Of a DNA stretch of 43,188 nucleotides, positions 25,641 through 33,483 are shown piece by piece. The DNA is taken from positions 1-43,188 of the IMG/VR virus record IMGVR_UViG_3300034965_000015. One strand, written 5' to 3'. Both the position numbers and the translations under genes were made by a program. Source of the DNA: a virus (lineage: Duplodnaviria; Caudoviricetes). The notes beneath the pieces were generated by a model that ran no database searches, was not told the origin of the DNA, and saw nothing but the letters and a program-made list of their open reading frames with translations. Numbering within the stretch: position 1 is the stretch's first letter; every line of letters starts with the position of its first letter.

Positions 25641-26540
25641 TTACAGCGACTGGCCGACATAGATGATGCGGCCAAGGATGGCGCAATCGTCGGCGCTGTG
25701 CACTTCGATGGGTTCCGCGTAGGGGCTCGCGGCGACCAGCTTGAAGGGAAAGCGCGGGGCGTCGGGGGTATAGGGGAAACGCGACTGCAGGCGGCGCGGC
25801 AGCGGGTTCTTGGCGCCGACAGGCAAGCACAGCAGATATTCGCCCGGCGCCGTCTCGCGCTCGGGATCGACCACGAGGTAAGCCCCTGGGAAGAATGGCG
25901 GACTGTCCGCGCCGACCATGGATATGTCGCCTTGGGGGATTTGAAACGCAAACGCCATCTGACCAGCCGCAACATGCCTGGGTACAGGGAAACGGTCGCC
26001 GGAGAATGACGAAAGGTTCAACTGTCCCGTTAATAAATCTCTGATGTCGCTCGCCGTAAGTCTTGGAATATACAGTGTATCCGAAACACCGGAAGCATAA
26101 ACTGGAAGCCTTTCAATGGCTTGGTTAATGCGTCTTCTTGGCGGCTCATCAACATCACCCGGAGGCTCAAGGCCAAGCGCTTCCCGCACCTGATCGACAG
26201 ACAATGCATCGGTGCCGGTCCTGGTATAGGTGTCTTCCCGCAGCAGCAAATATTCAGGCCGCACACCGAACAGATAGGCATAGATCAGGATCAGCGGCCC
26301 GCTATTGGGAAAGCGGCTGCCGGATTCATGGCTGTAATACGTCCGGCGCTGGATCTTGTAGAGCTGATTGATGTCCTCGATCACGGCGGGCGCAAACGGA
26401 TATTTGGGCACGCTATCGCCCTCGGCGCCGGCGCTTTTTGCGGCCAGCCGCGAAGCCGTCAGGCGGCGCCCGAACTCTTCCCGCTCGGCATCCGTCCATG
26501 TCTTGTCCTTCAACAAGGCGCTGAGCTGAGAAATATCCAT
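25641..26540 (-). CDS. CI-like repressor (HTH + S24-like C-terminal domain)
   Basis: RRTYYSHESGSRFP..YAYLFGVRPEYLL HTH; GDISM..FFPGAYLVVDPE..PGEY..CAILGRII; divergent from cro-like gene. Confidence 0.8.
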   Translation of the reverse strand: MDISQLSALLKDKTWTDAEREEFGRRLTASRLAAKSAGAEGDSVPKYPFAPAVIEDINQLYKIQRRTYYSHESGSRFPNSGPLILIYAYLFGVRPEYLLLREDTYTRTGTDALSVDQVREALGLEPPGDVDEPPRRRINQAIERLPVYASGVSDTLYIPRLTASDIRDLLTGQLNLSSFSGDRFPVPRHVAAGQMAFAFQIPQGDISMVGADSPPFFPGAYLVVDPERETAPGEYLLCLPVGAKNPLPRRLQSRFPYTPDAPRFPFKLVAASPYAEPIEVHSADDCAILGRIIYVGQSL

Positions 26541-26559
26541 GTCGCCGGGTCTCCGTTTA

Positions 26560-26636
26560 GCGGTGCACTATATGTACACCGCTTCGCGGAATTTTGCTAT
26601 TGACGGGGGAATGTGCACTGTGCACTGAGTGTGCAC
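26560..26636 (+). promoter_or_regulatory. PR/PRM switch with operators
   Basis: TTGACG 26600-05; GTGCAC 26563, 26613, 26620, 26631 and GTACAC 26574. Confidence 0.75.
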
Positions 26637-26909
26637 ATGACCTCACAACCCTCAGCGTTCGCAAAGCTATTCGCCCTCTGGCCAACCGATCAAGAGATGG
26701 CCAACGACATGGGCGTACCCCGATGGCGTGCACGTCAATGGCGTGCGCGGGATTACGTCTCCCCCTGGTACTGGCCACGGCTGACGGAGATGGCGCACAC
26801 GCGCTTCGGGCGCCGCTTCACGTATCGCCAGCTCGTGGAGGCGACCGCCGCGCGGCGCGGCCTGCTTGGCGCCGGCACGGAGGGTGAGCAATCGGCGGAG
26901 GCTGCGTGA
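26637..26909 (+). CDS. Cro-like protein
   Basis: LWPTDQEMANDMGV..ARQWRARDYVSPWYWPRL; divergent from CI. Confidence 0.75.
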   Translation: MTSQPSAFAKLFALWPTDQEMANDMGVPRWRARQWRARDYVSPWYWPRLTEMAHTRFGRRFTYRQLVEATAARRGLLGAGTEGEQSAEAA

Positions 26910-27433
26910 TGGTCATCCGCTACGCCTTCCCCGACAATGTCCACGATGCCCGCAATACGCGCTGTTGCAGCGGATGCAGGCAGACAAAATCCGTCGCCGA
27001 GTTCCCCTGGCGCAAGGACAGCAGGCAATATTCTGGCCGCTGCTATGATTGCAAGCGCGCCTATGAGCTCGAATGGAAGCGGCGAAAGGCAGCGCTCGAA
27101 GGTGTTTCAGCACGGCGTTGGACGCCGGAGCTGATCGAGACGCTGCGCGACTGCATCATTCAGGGGATGACGCCAGACGAAACAGCCGCGAAGCTGGGGC
27201 GCTCGCGCATGGCGGTGTATTGCCAGCGCGCAAAGCAAAGCCTGCCTCGTTTTGCAAGTTGCCCGCCGCCCTCGAACAAAGGCGTTCGCCCGGTCTGGAC
27301 GCCCGACCGCATCGCCGAATTGAAACGACTCCGGGATGCGCGCAAGAGCCTCGCCAAATGCGCCGCGATCCTCGGCACCACGCGCAACGGCATTGCCGGC
27401 GGCATGCGCTATCTCAAGGAGGCCCACCCATGA
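26906..27433 (+). CDS. Zn-finger + tandem GcrA-like HTH protein
   Basis: CSGC..CYDC; WTPELIETL..AAKLGRSRMAV and WTPDRIAELKRL..AAILGTTRNGIAG resemble the GcrA N-terminal domain. Confidence 0.7.
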   Translation: MMVIRYAFPDNVHDARNTRCCSGCRQTKSVAEFPWRKDSRQYSGRCYDCKRAYELEWKRRKAALEGVSARRWTPELIETLRDCIIQGMTPDETAAKLGRSRMAVYCQRAKQSLPRFASCPPPSNKGVRPVWTPDRIAELKRLRDARKSLAKCAAILGTTRNGIAGGMRYLKEAHP

Positions 27434-27843
27434 AAGGCATCGAATGCGCCTTTGCCGGCCGCCTGGGTAAGGATGCCGAACTCCGCACCTCATCCGCCGG
27501 CCGCGAATGGATGCTGCTCTCCGTCGTCGTCGGCGAGGAGCCGGACGAGCAATGGATCAACGTCTCCAGCTGGTCGAGCACCACGGCCGAACTCGCTCCG
27601 TCGCTCACCCAAGGCGCCCAGATCTATGTCGAGGGCAAGCTCAAGCTGCGGCATTGGACAGCCCATGACGGCACGCCGAAGTCAGGCATATCCGTCTCTG
27701 CCAGCCTCATCCAGCCGCTGGCGCTGATCGGGGCGAAGAAGCCCAAGCGCCCGCGCGCAGCCAAGGCCGACGCCCAGCCCGGCGAAGCCTCCGACAGCTT
27801 CAACGCTCGCCAAGAATTCCACAACGACCCACTCCCGTTTTGA
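27430..27843 (+). CDS. ssb: single-stranded DNA-binding protein
   Basis: GRLGKDAELR, GAQIYVEGKL, acidic tail NDPLPF. Confidence 0.9.
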   Translation: MKGIECAFAGRLGKDAELRTSSAGREWMLLSVVVGEEPDEQWINVSSWSSTTAELAPSLTQGAQIYVEGKLKLRHWTAHDGTPKSGISVSASLIQPLALIGAKKPKRPRAAKADAQPGEASDSFNARQEFHNDPLPF

Positions 27844-27853
27844 AGGCCATGCC

Positions 27854-28081
27854 ATGCCGCCTGACCAGAATGTCATCCGTGAGCTGGTCCTGGCAGAGCT
27901 GCGCTGCGCATCCATGCGCGCCAAGTCCGCCGAGCTTGAGATCGGCTTCATCGGCCAGGCGCTGAAGGCCGGCGCCATCTCCGCCCGTGATGCCCTGCTC
28001 GCCCTCGATGACCAGGGGTGGAGCGGCTTCCTCGACCCGCTCATCCTGAGCAAAATCAGAGCGGTGTGCGTCGATGGATAA
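27854..28081 (+). CDS. hypothetical protein
   Basis: 75-aa ORF between ssb and helicase. Confidence 0.6.
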   Translation: MPPDQNVIRELVLAELRCASMRAKSAELEIGFIGQALKAGAISARDALLALDDQGWSGFLDPLILSKIRAVCVDG

Positions 28082-29144
28082 AAAACCGCCCCCAATCGCA
28101 TTGCTGTCATGGTCGCAGATCACCATCACCGATACTGACGAATACTTGGTTGCCGGAATATTGCCCGCTGGCGGCCTCACTGTCGTCTATGGCCCGCCCA
28201 AATGCGGCAAAACCTTCTGGCTGTTCGATATCCTCATGTGTGTCGCCCTCGGCATCCCGTACCGCGAGCGCGCAACGCAAGCCGGCAAGGTGATCTATTG
28301 CCTGTTCGAGGGCCAGCGCGGCTTTGCCAAGCGCAAGGAGGCCTATCGCCAGTTTCACCAGCTGTCCGACGATGCCGAAGAGCCGCCGTTCTACCTCGTG
28401 CCGGTCAAGCTGGAGCTGGTCAAGGACCACCCGCGCCTCATCGCCGCCATCAAGGCCAAATGCAACGGCACACCGCCCGCCGTCATCGTGCTGGACACGC
28501 TCAACCGATCCTTCACCGGCTCCGAGAGCAGCGACGAAGCCATGACCGCCTATGTCGCCGCCTGCGATGCCATCCGCGAGGCATTCGGCTGCGCCGTGAT
28601 CATCGTCCACCACAGCGGGCTCGCTGAAGGCCGTGCACGTGGCCACACCGCCCTGCTCGGCAGTGCCGATGCCCAGATCGCGGTCAAGCGTGATGCCGCC
28701 GACAATGTCGTGGCCCTGGTCGAGTTCATGAAGGATGGCGAGGACGGCGAGGAGATCGTCTGCAAGCTATTGCCGTTCGATGTCGCTGTCGGGGACAAGA
28801 CCGTCCAATCATGCGTCATCGAGCACGTCGATGGCCCCTCGATCAAGCCCGAAAAGAAGCCCACACGTGGCAATCGCGCCATCGATGAGGCTTTCAACGA
28901 GATCGCCGCACGCGGCACCATCAAGCACTTCGTCAGGCTCAACGGCCCGCAATGCGAAGCCGTCAAACTCGAAGATGTCGAGACCGAATTCAAGCGCCGC
29001 TACCCCACCGACAAGGGCGACGAAAAACAGAAGATCGCGGCACGCAAAAAAGCCTGGCAACGCGCTCGCGCTGATGCCCTGAAAGCCGGCGGCGGATATG
29101 GCTACGAGGACCGCGCGCTGGTGCAACTAATCTGGCGATTATGA
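28074..29144 (+). CDS. AAA_25 / RepA-type (RecA-fold) helicase
   Basis: Walker A GPPKCGKT, Walker B VIVLDT, IVHHSG..RARGHTAL. Confidence 0.9.
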   Translation: MDKKPPPIALLSWSQITITDTDEYLVAGILPAGGLTVVYGPPKCGKTFWLFDILMCVALGIPYRERATQAGKVIYCLFEGQRGFAKRKEAYRQFHQLSDDAEEPPFYLVPVKLELVKDHPRLIAAIKAKCNGTPPAVIVLDTLNRSFTGSESSDEAMTAYVAACDAIREAFGCAVIIVHHSGLAEGRARGHTALLGSADAQIAVKRDAADNVVALVEFMKDGEDGEEIVCKLLPFDVAVGDKTVQSCVIEHVDGPSIKPEKKPTRGNRAIDEAFNEIAARGTIKHFVRLNGPQCEAVKLEDVETEFKRRYPTDKGDEKQKIAARKKAWQRARADALKAGGGYGYEDRALVQLIWRL

Positions 29145-29150
29145 CAACAC

Positions 29151-29312
29151 GGGACAAACGGGACAATTGGGGACAAGTCCCTGTGGTCCCCCAGGGGGAC
29201 AAGGGGGACAATTTACACCCCCCTCTAAAGAGGGGGGGATGTAAGATATGTCCCGCAGTTCTTGGTCACCCCATGGCACATGTCCCGATGTCCGAGTCTG
29301 GGGAAATGTCCC
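29151..29312. promoter_or_regulatory. putative replication origin (iterons)
   Basis: Five GGGACA (29151, 29160, 29170, 29196, 29205) and three inverted TGTCCC (29249, 29281, 29307) around palindrome CCCCCCTCT-AA-AGAGGGGGG. Confidence 0.65.
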
Positions 29313-29336
29313 GCTGGCAATGAAAGGAAGAAAGAT

Positions 29337-29519
29337 ATGGGCAGGCCATTGAAATCGGTTGAGGGCGAGGGGCAAGTGATAATTGGGCTGCGGGTGGCAA
29401 GCGCATTGAAGCGCGCCCTGCTACAAGCGGCGAAAGAGAACCATCGAACTCTGTCGCAAGAAACACAGCGCCGCCTTGAGCTTAGTTTTGAAGCCGACGC
29501 CACTAACCGTCCAGGATAG
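29337..29519 (+). CDS. Arc/TraY-like RHH protein
   Basis: IGLRVASALKRALLQAAKENHRTLSQETQRRLELSF. Confidence 0.75.
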   Translation: MGRPLKSVEGEGQVIIGLRVASALKRALLQAAKENHRTLSQETQRRLELSFEADATNRPG

Positions 29520-29551
29520 GCACCCATGAAACACACGCGGAGATTGCTGAA

Positions 29552-29824
29552 ATGAGCGAGGCACCCGAACCAGCCGTTACCATCAACGGACATGTGCTGT
29601 CGATCGGCGAAGCCATGACATTGCGCGTGGCGGTGACCGGCTTTCACAACGAGATGATGACCCAAGGACTCGGCGATGATGAGCACGGCAAGAGGATGGC
29701 TTGGGCCTATGCGCGAAACTGCGAGAGCATGTTCCGAATGATGGGTCTCATTCCGCTCGACACCAGCGTTGATTACACCGACTGGACGCCCGACCCGGAT
29801 GCCGGATCTGCGGAGCTGTCATGA
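29552..29824 (+). CDS. hypothetical protein
   Basis: 90-aa ORF, GGAG SD. Confidence 0.6.
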   Translation: MSEAPEPAVTINGHVLSIGEAMTLRVAVTGFHNEMMTQGLGDDEHGKRMAWAYARNCESMFRMMGLIPLDTSVDYTDWTPDPDAGSAELS

Positions 29825-30342
29825 AACACGCGCAATCCGCGCATTTCGACAACATCGCAACTGCGTCACATCCGGTATGGCGCAAGCGGCAAATGAAGCC
29901 CTTCACCTGCCGAGCCGTGCGCCAGCAGCTGATCGCCCAGGCTGCCGTGATGCCGGAGTGGGAGCGGGCTGCGTATTTGCACGAGCGGCTGACCGATCTC
30001 GACCGCGCGCTGGACTGCACAGAGGCCGATGCGATCGAGCGTTGGCTTGATTGCGAGGAGCTGCTGCAGGGCTGTGCGCGCATCGTGGACTACGACGGCG
30101 GTTCGCGGGGCTCGGGGCAGCCGACGCCATTGGCGGACGACGACATGGACGCGCTGAAGGCGCACGCTGCGGCGAAGCAAGCGCTGTTGCATACGCATCG
30201 CGCTTCGCTGAGGGTGCTGGCCGACATGATGCAGGCGGGCGAATGGCGGCTCTATCCGCAGATGATCGGCCGCATCCGGCGCGCCGCCCGCGAGCTGACG
30301 AAAGTGCACAGGTTGAGTGCACACCGTGTGCACAGCACTTGA
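29821..30342 (+). CDS. hypothetical protein at late-regulator position
   Basis: Last early gene before the putative late promoter. Confidence 0.55.
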   Translation: MKHAQSAHFDNIATASHPVWRKRQMKPFTCRAVRQQLIAQAAVMPEWERAAYLHERLTDLDRALDCTEADAIERWLDCEELLQGCARIVDYDGGSRGSGQPTPLADDDMDALKAHAAAKQALLHTHRASLRVLADMMQAGEWRLYPQMIGRIRRAARELTKVHRLSAHRVHST

Positions 30343-30404
30343 CAAACGCCCGAAAAACGTGGCCATGCTGAGTGCACCCGAATTATGCCCGGAGCAAAGT
30401 GCAC
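30304..30404 (+). promoter_or_regulatory. putative late promoter with GTGCAC boxes
   Basis: TTGACA 30339-44; GTGCAC at 30304, 30317, 30328, 30372, 30399. Confidence 0.6.
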
Positions 30405-30451
30405 ACATGGCACGGACGCACGGCCTCGATAAACGGCTCGCAGAGGAACGC

Positions 30452-30652
30452 ATGACCTCCACGCAGAAGCTTCCCAAACATCACAGCTACGCCTCGTCCA
30501 CGCAGGACAGCGACAAGCCCGGCTCGGTCGGCAAGTCGTACAACTCCGGCGCCAACGTCGCCAAGGGCAGCAAGCCTGCGGCCGGCAAGGGTGGCGTATC
30601 CGTCGCGGCTGGTCCCAAGTCGATGGGCACCAAGAAAGCGGACAAGTGCTGA
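30452..30652 (+). CDS. 66-aa basic low-complexity protein
   Basis: GAGGA SD; K/S/G-rich. Confidence 0.6.
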   Translation: MTSTQKLPKHHSYASSTQDSDKPGSVGKSYNSGANVAKGSKPAAGKGGVSVAAGPKSMGTKKADKC

Positions 30653-30653
30653 C

Positions 30654-31037
30654 ATGCTTGAGATCACGGTTCGCCGCTATGGCGGCCCCGGCACCACCAC
30701 AAAAACCTTCCAGTTCGAGAACGACGAGCTGCAGGCCTTCCTCACGGAAGGTGCTGTCGCGGACGGTGCCGAAGGTGCGGTTTTCAACATCGGCGGGCTG
30801 AGGGCTCTGGGCGGCGTGCCGGCATACGCGCACGGCTTCGGCTCGAAGGAGACGATGCCGACTGATCGCGAGACGGCCGAATCCCGCACCCACAACGCTG
30901 ACGGCACGCCCAAGACCACGGGCGCTGGCGACTATCGCACGCCCCGCGACACGCTCGGCATCCGCACGCCGATCCAGGAGACGGCCCGCGCCAAGGCTGC
31001 CGACGCTGACGCCAAGGCCAAGTCGGAGAAAAAGTGA
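30654..31037 (+). CDS. hypothetical protein
   Basis: ATG 1 nt after the upstream stop. Confidence 0.6.
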   Translation: MLEITVRRYGGPGTTTKTFQFENDELQAFLTEGAVADGAEGAVFNIGGLRALGGVPAYAHGFGSKETMPTDRETAESRTHNADGTPKTTGAGDYRTPRDTLGIRTPIQETARAKAADADAKAKSEKK

Positions 31038-31456
31038 TGGATCGCGGCGAGGCGTTCAAGCGCGAGATCACCATTCGGCCTACCGAGGAGGGCTCGTTCG
31101 TCGTGAGCTACGGCGGCGGCAGCTCGATCTTGCAGTATCGCCAGCACGGCTTCACCAACGTGTCCGACCTGCTCGACTGGCTTGTCGCCCACGCGCAAGC
31201 CTTCTCCGCCGACAAGATCGCCGCCGATGTCACGCATGAGCTGACCGAGGGCGAGGTGGTGCGCAGCGACACGCCGCTCGCTGATATGGCTGCCACCTTC
31301 CGCAAGCATGGGCCGCAGCCTCTTGGCTTTGGCGCGTTCCGCCGCACCACGGCCGCCGAGAAGATGTTCCCGTTCACGGGCATGAGCGCGGCCCAGATGA
31401 AGGCCGTGCACACCGTTGCCGATGGCGGCCCGGGCGAGCCCAAGCCGGCCGCCTGA
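31037..31456 (+). CDS. hypothetical protein
   Basis: Coupled ORF upstream of terS. Confidence 0.6.
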   Translation: MDRGEAFKREITIRPTEEGSFVVSYGGGSSILQYRQHGFTNVSDLLDWLVAHAQAFSADKIAADVTHELTEGEVVRSDTPLADMAATFRKHGPQPLGFGAFRRTTAAEKMFPFTGMSAAQMKAVHTVADGGPGEPKPAA

Positions 31457-31908
31457 TGGCAAAGCTCATCCTCGCCGAACTCGCAGCCACGCTCTTCCCG
31501 ACGAAGTGGAAAGAGCAGATGGTGAACCTCTACGCCGAGGGCGGATGCGACGTCGAAGCCCGCGCCATGATCGCCGCTTGGCGCGGCGGCAGCTTCAACC
31601 AGGACACCTGGGAACGCTGGCTCAAGGAAGAGCCCGAATTCGCCGAGCTGATCGACTATTGCCGGCAGATTTGCCACGCCTGGTGGCTCAAGAAAGGCCG
31701 CTCGAACCTCGGCAACCAGAATTTTAACGCCCGCCTCTACGCGCTGCAGATGAACAACCGCTTCGGCTGGTCGGATGCGCGCCATGACGTGACCGACAAA
31801 CTCAGCGGATTGCTCGAAGCCATCAATGGGAACACGCGGGACCTTCCAGTCAAGCCATCTGCTGGAGCAGCTGAGCCCGACGCTGGGCAACCGGGAGTGG
31901 CGGCTTGA
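31456..31908 (+). CDS. terS: terminase small subunit
   Basis: WERWLKEEPEF..AWW..FNARLY..NRFGWSD; precedes terL. Confidence 0.75.
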   Translation: MAKLILAELAATLFPTKWKEQMVNLYAEGGCDVEARAMIAAWRGGSFNQDTWERWLKEEPEFAELIDYCRQICHAWWLKKGRSNLGNQNFNARLYALQMNNRFGWSDARHDVTDKLSGLLEAINGNTRDLPVKPSAGAAEPDAGQPGVAA

Positions 31909-33370
31909 TAACCTCTATTGGATTGAAGATCCAAGGGGCATTGCCATTCCGTTCCGGCGTAATGAGGCGCAGCGCCTGCTCTGGAACGATCTCTGGTATC
32001 TGAACGTCATCCTCAAGGCCCGGCAGTTGGGCTTTTCCACCTACATCCTGATCATCATGCTCGATCAGGCCCTATTCTACCCCGGCACCAGCTGCGGCAT
32101 CATCGACATTACCCTGGACGACGCCAGCGCCAAGCTGCGCAAGCTGCTGTTCGCCTATAACCGGCTGCCCGATCAGGTTAAGTCGATGATCCCGCTGAAG
32201 ACGGAGAACTCGGAGCGCTTGGCCTGGGAGAGCGGCAGCGAGGTGACGGCGAGCGTGTCGCATCGCGGCGGCACCAAGCAGATTATCCATGTGTCGGAGT
32301 TCGGTAAGATCGCGGCCAAGTTCCCGGAGAAGGCGCGCGAGATCAAGACCGGCGCGTTCGGAACGGTGCACCCTGGCCAGTTCATCTTCGTGGAGAGCAC
32401 GGCCGAAGGGAACGGCGGCGCCTTCTACGACATGGTGCAGGCGGCCGAGAAAAAGCAGTTGTCCGGCAAGGTGCTGACGGAGATGGATTTCCGGCTGCAT
32501 TTCTTCGCCTGGTGGCAGCATCCCGGCTACCGCATCGAGCCCGACAACGTGGTCATCTCGGCTGAGATGGCGGACTATTTCGCGGCCACCGAGGTGGAGA
32601 TCGGGCGCAAACTCGATGCCGAGCAACGGGCCTGGTATGTGGCCAAGCGCGAGGCCATCGGGCCGGACGACATGCGGCGGGAATATCCGTCCACGTCGAA
32701 AGAGGCGTTCCTGGCCTCGGTCGAGGGGGCGTATTTCAAGACGCAGATGACGCGGCTGCGGGAGCAGAAGCGCATCGGGCATGTGCCGCATGATCCATCG
32801 CGGCCGGTCAATACGTTCTGGGACATCGGCAAGCGCGATTCGACCGCGATCTGGTTCCACCAGAGCTATGGGAACCTGCATCACATCATCGACTATTTCG
32901 AGCACTCCGGCGAAGGCGTCGAGTTCTACGCCAGGGCGCTCGCCGAGAAGAAGGCCAAGCGCGGGTTCAGCTACGGCCGCCATCTGGGCCCGCACGACCT
33001 CGACAACTCGCATTGGATACTGCCGGGCGACCGCGACATGGTGGACGTGGCGCGAGCACTGGGCATCGACTTTGAGATCGTGCCGCGCGTACCCGACAAG
33101 ATGCAGGCCATCGAGGCCGCACGCAATTTTCTGAGCATGTGCTCGATCGATGAAGAGCACTGCGCCGAGGGCATCAAGTGCCTGGATAACTACCGCAAGC
33201 AATGGGACGAGAAATTGGCCACCTACAAGGATGCACCGCTGCACGACTGGGCCTCGCACGGCGCCGATGCGTTCCAGACGGGCGCTTGCGGCTACACGCC
33301 GGAGTATGTGCCGCCGCCGATCGACCGCTATGCGAAGCCGAAGGTGCGGGGGTCGGCATGGGCCGCATAA
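31826..33370 (+). CDS. terL: terminase large subunit
   Basis: ILKARQLGFST, HVSEFG, ESTAEG, WDIG..D, HDWASHGADAF. Confidence 0.95.
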   Translation: MGTRGTFQSSHLLEQLSPTLGNREWRLDNLYWIEDPRGIAIPFRRNEAQRLLWNDLWYLNVILKARQLGFSTYILIIMLDQALFYPGTSCGIIDITLDDASAKLRKLLFAYNRLPDQVKSMIPLKTENSERLAWESGSEVTASVSHRGGTKQIIHVSEFGKIAAKFPEKAREIKTGAFGTVHPGQFIFVESTAEGNGGAFYDMVQAAEKKQLSGKVLTEMDFRLHFFAWWQHPGYRIEPDNVVISAEMADYFAATEVEIGRKLDAEQRAWYVAKREAIGPDDMRREYPSTSKEAFLASVEGAYFKTQMTRLREQKRIGHVPHDPSRPVNTFWDIGKRDSTAIWFHQSYGNLHHIIDYFEHSGEGVEFYARALAEKKAKRGFSYGRHLGPHDLDNSHWILPGDRDMVDVARALGIDFEIVPRVPDKMQAIEAARNFLSMCSIDEEHCAEGIKCLDNYRKQWDEKLATYKDAPLHDWASHGADAFQTGACGYTPEYVPPPIDRYAKPKVRGSAWAA

Positions 33371-33483
33371 TGCCGGGGCTGACGCTCCTGGACATCATCA
33401 AATTGGCCGAGACGACTGAGGGCGAGGCCCGCCGCAAGTGGCGCGCCCTTGCCGTGGCCTATATGCGCGCGGTCCTGGCCTGA
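33370..33483 (+). CDS. 37-aa peptide coupling terL and portal
   Basis: TAATG and TGATG overlaps at both ends. Confidence 0.5.
   Translation: MPGLTLLDIIKLAETTEGEARRKWRALAVAYMRAVLA

Noticed and set aside
29141-29323. 60-aa ORF after the helicase
   Set aside because: Its GDK/GD repeats simply reflect the GGGACA iterons; better explained as an origin.
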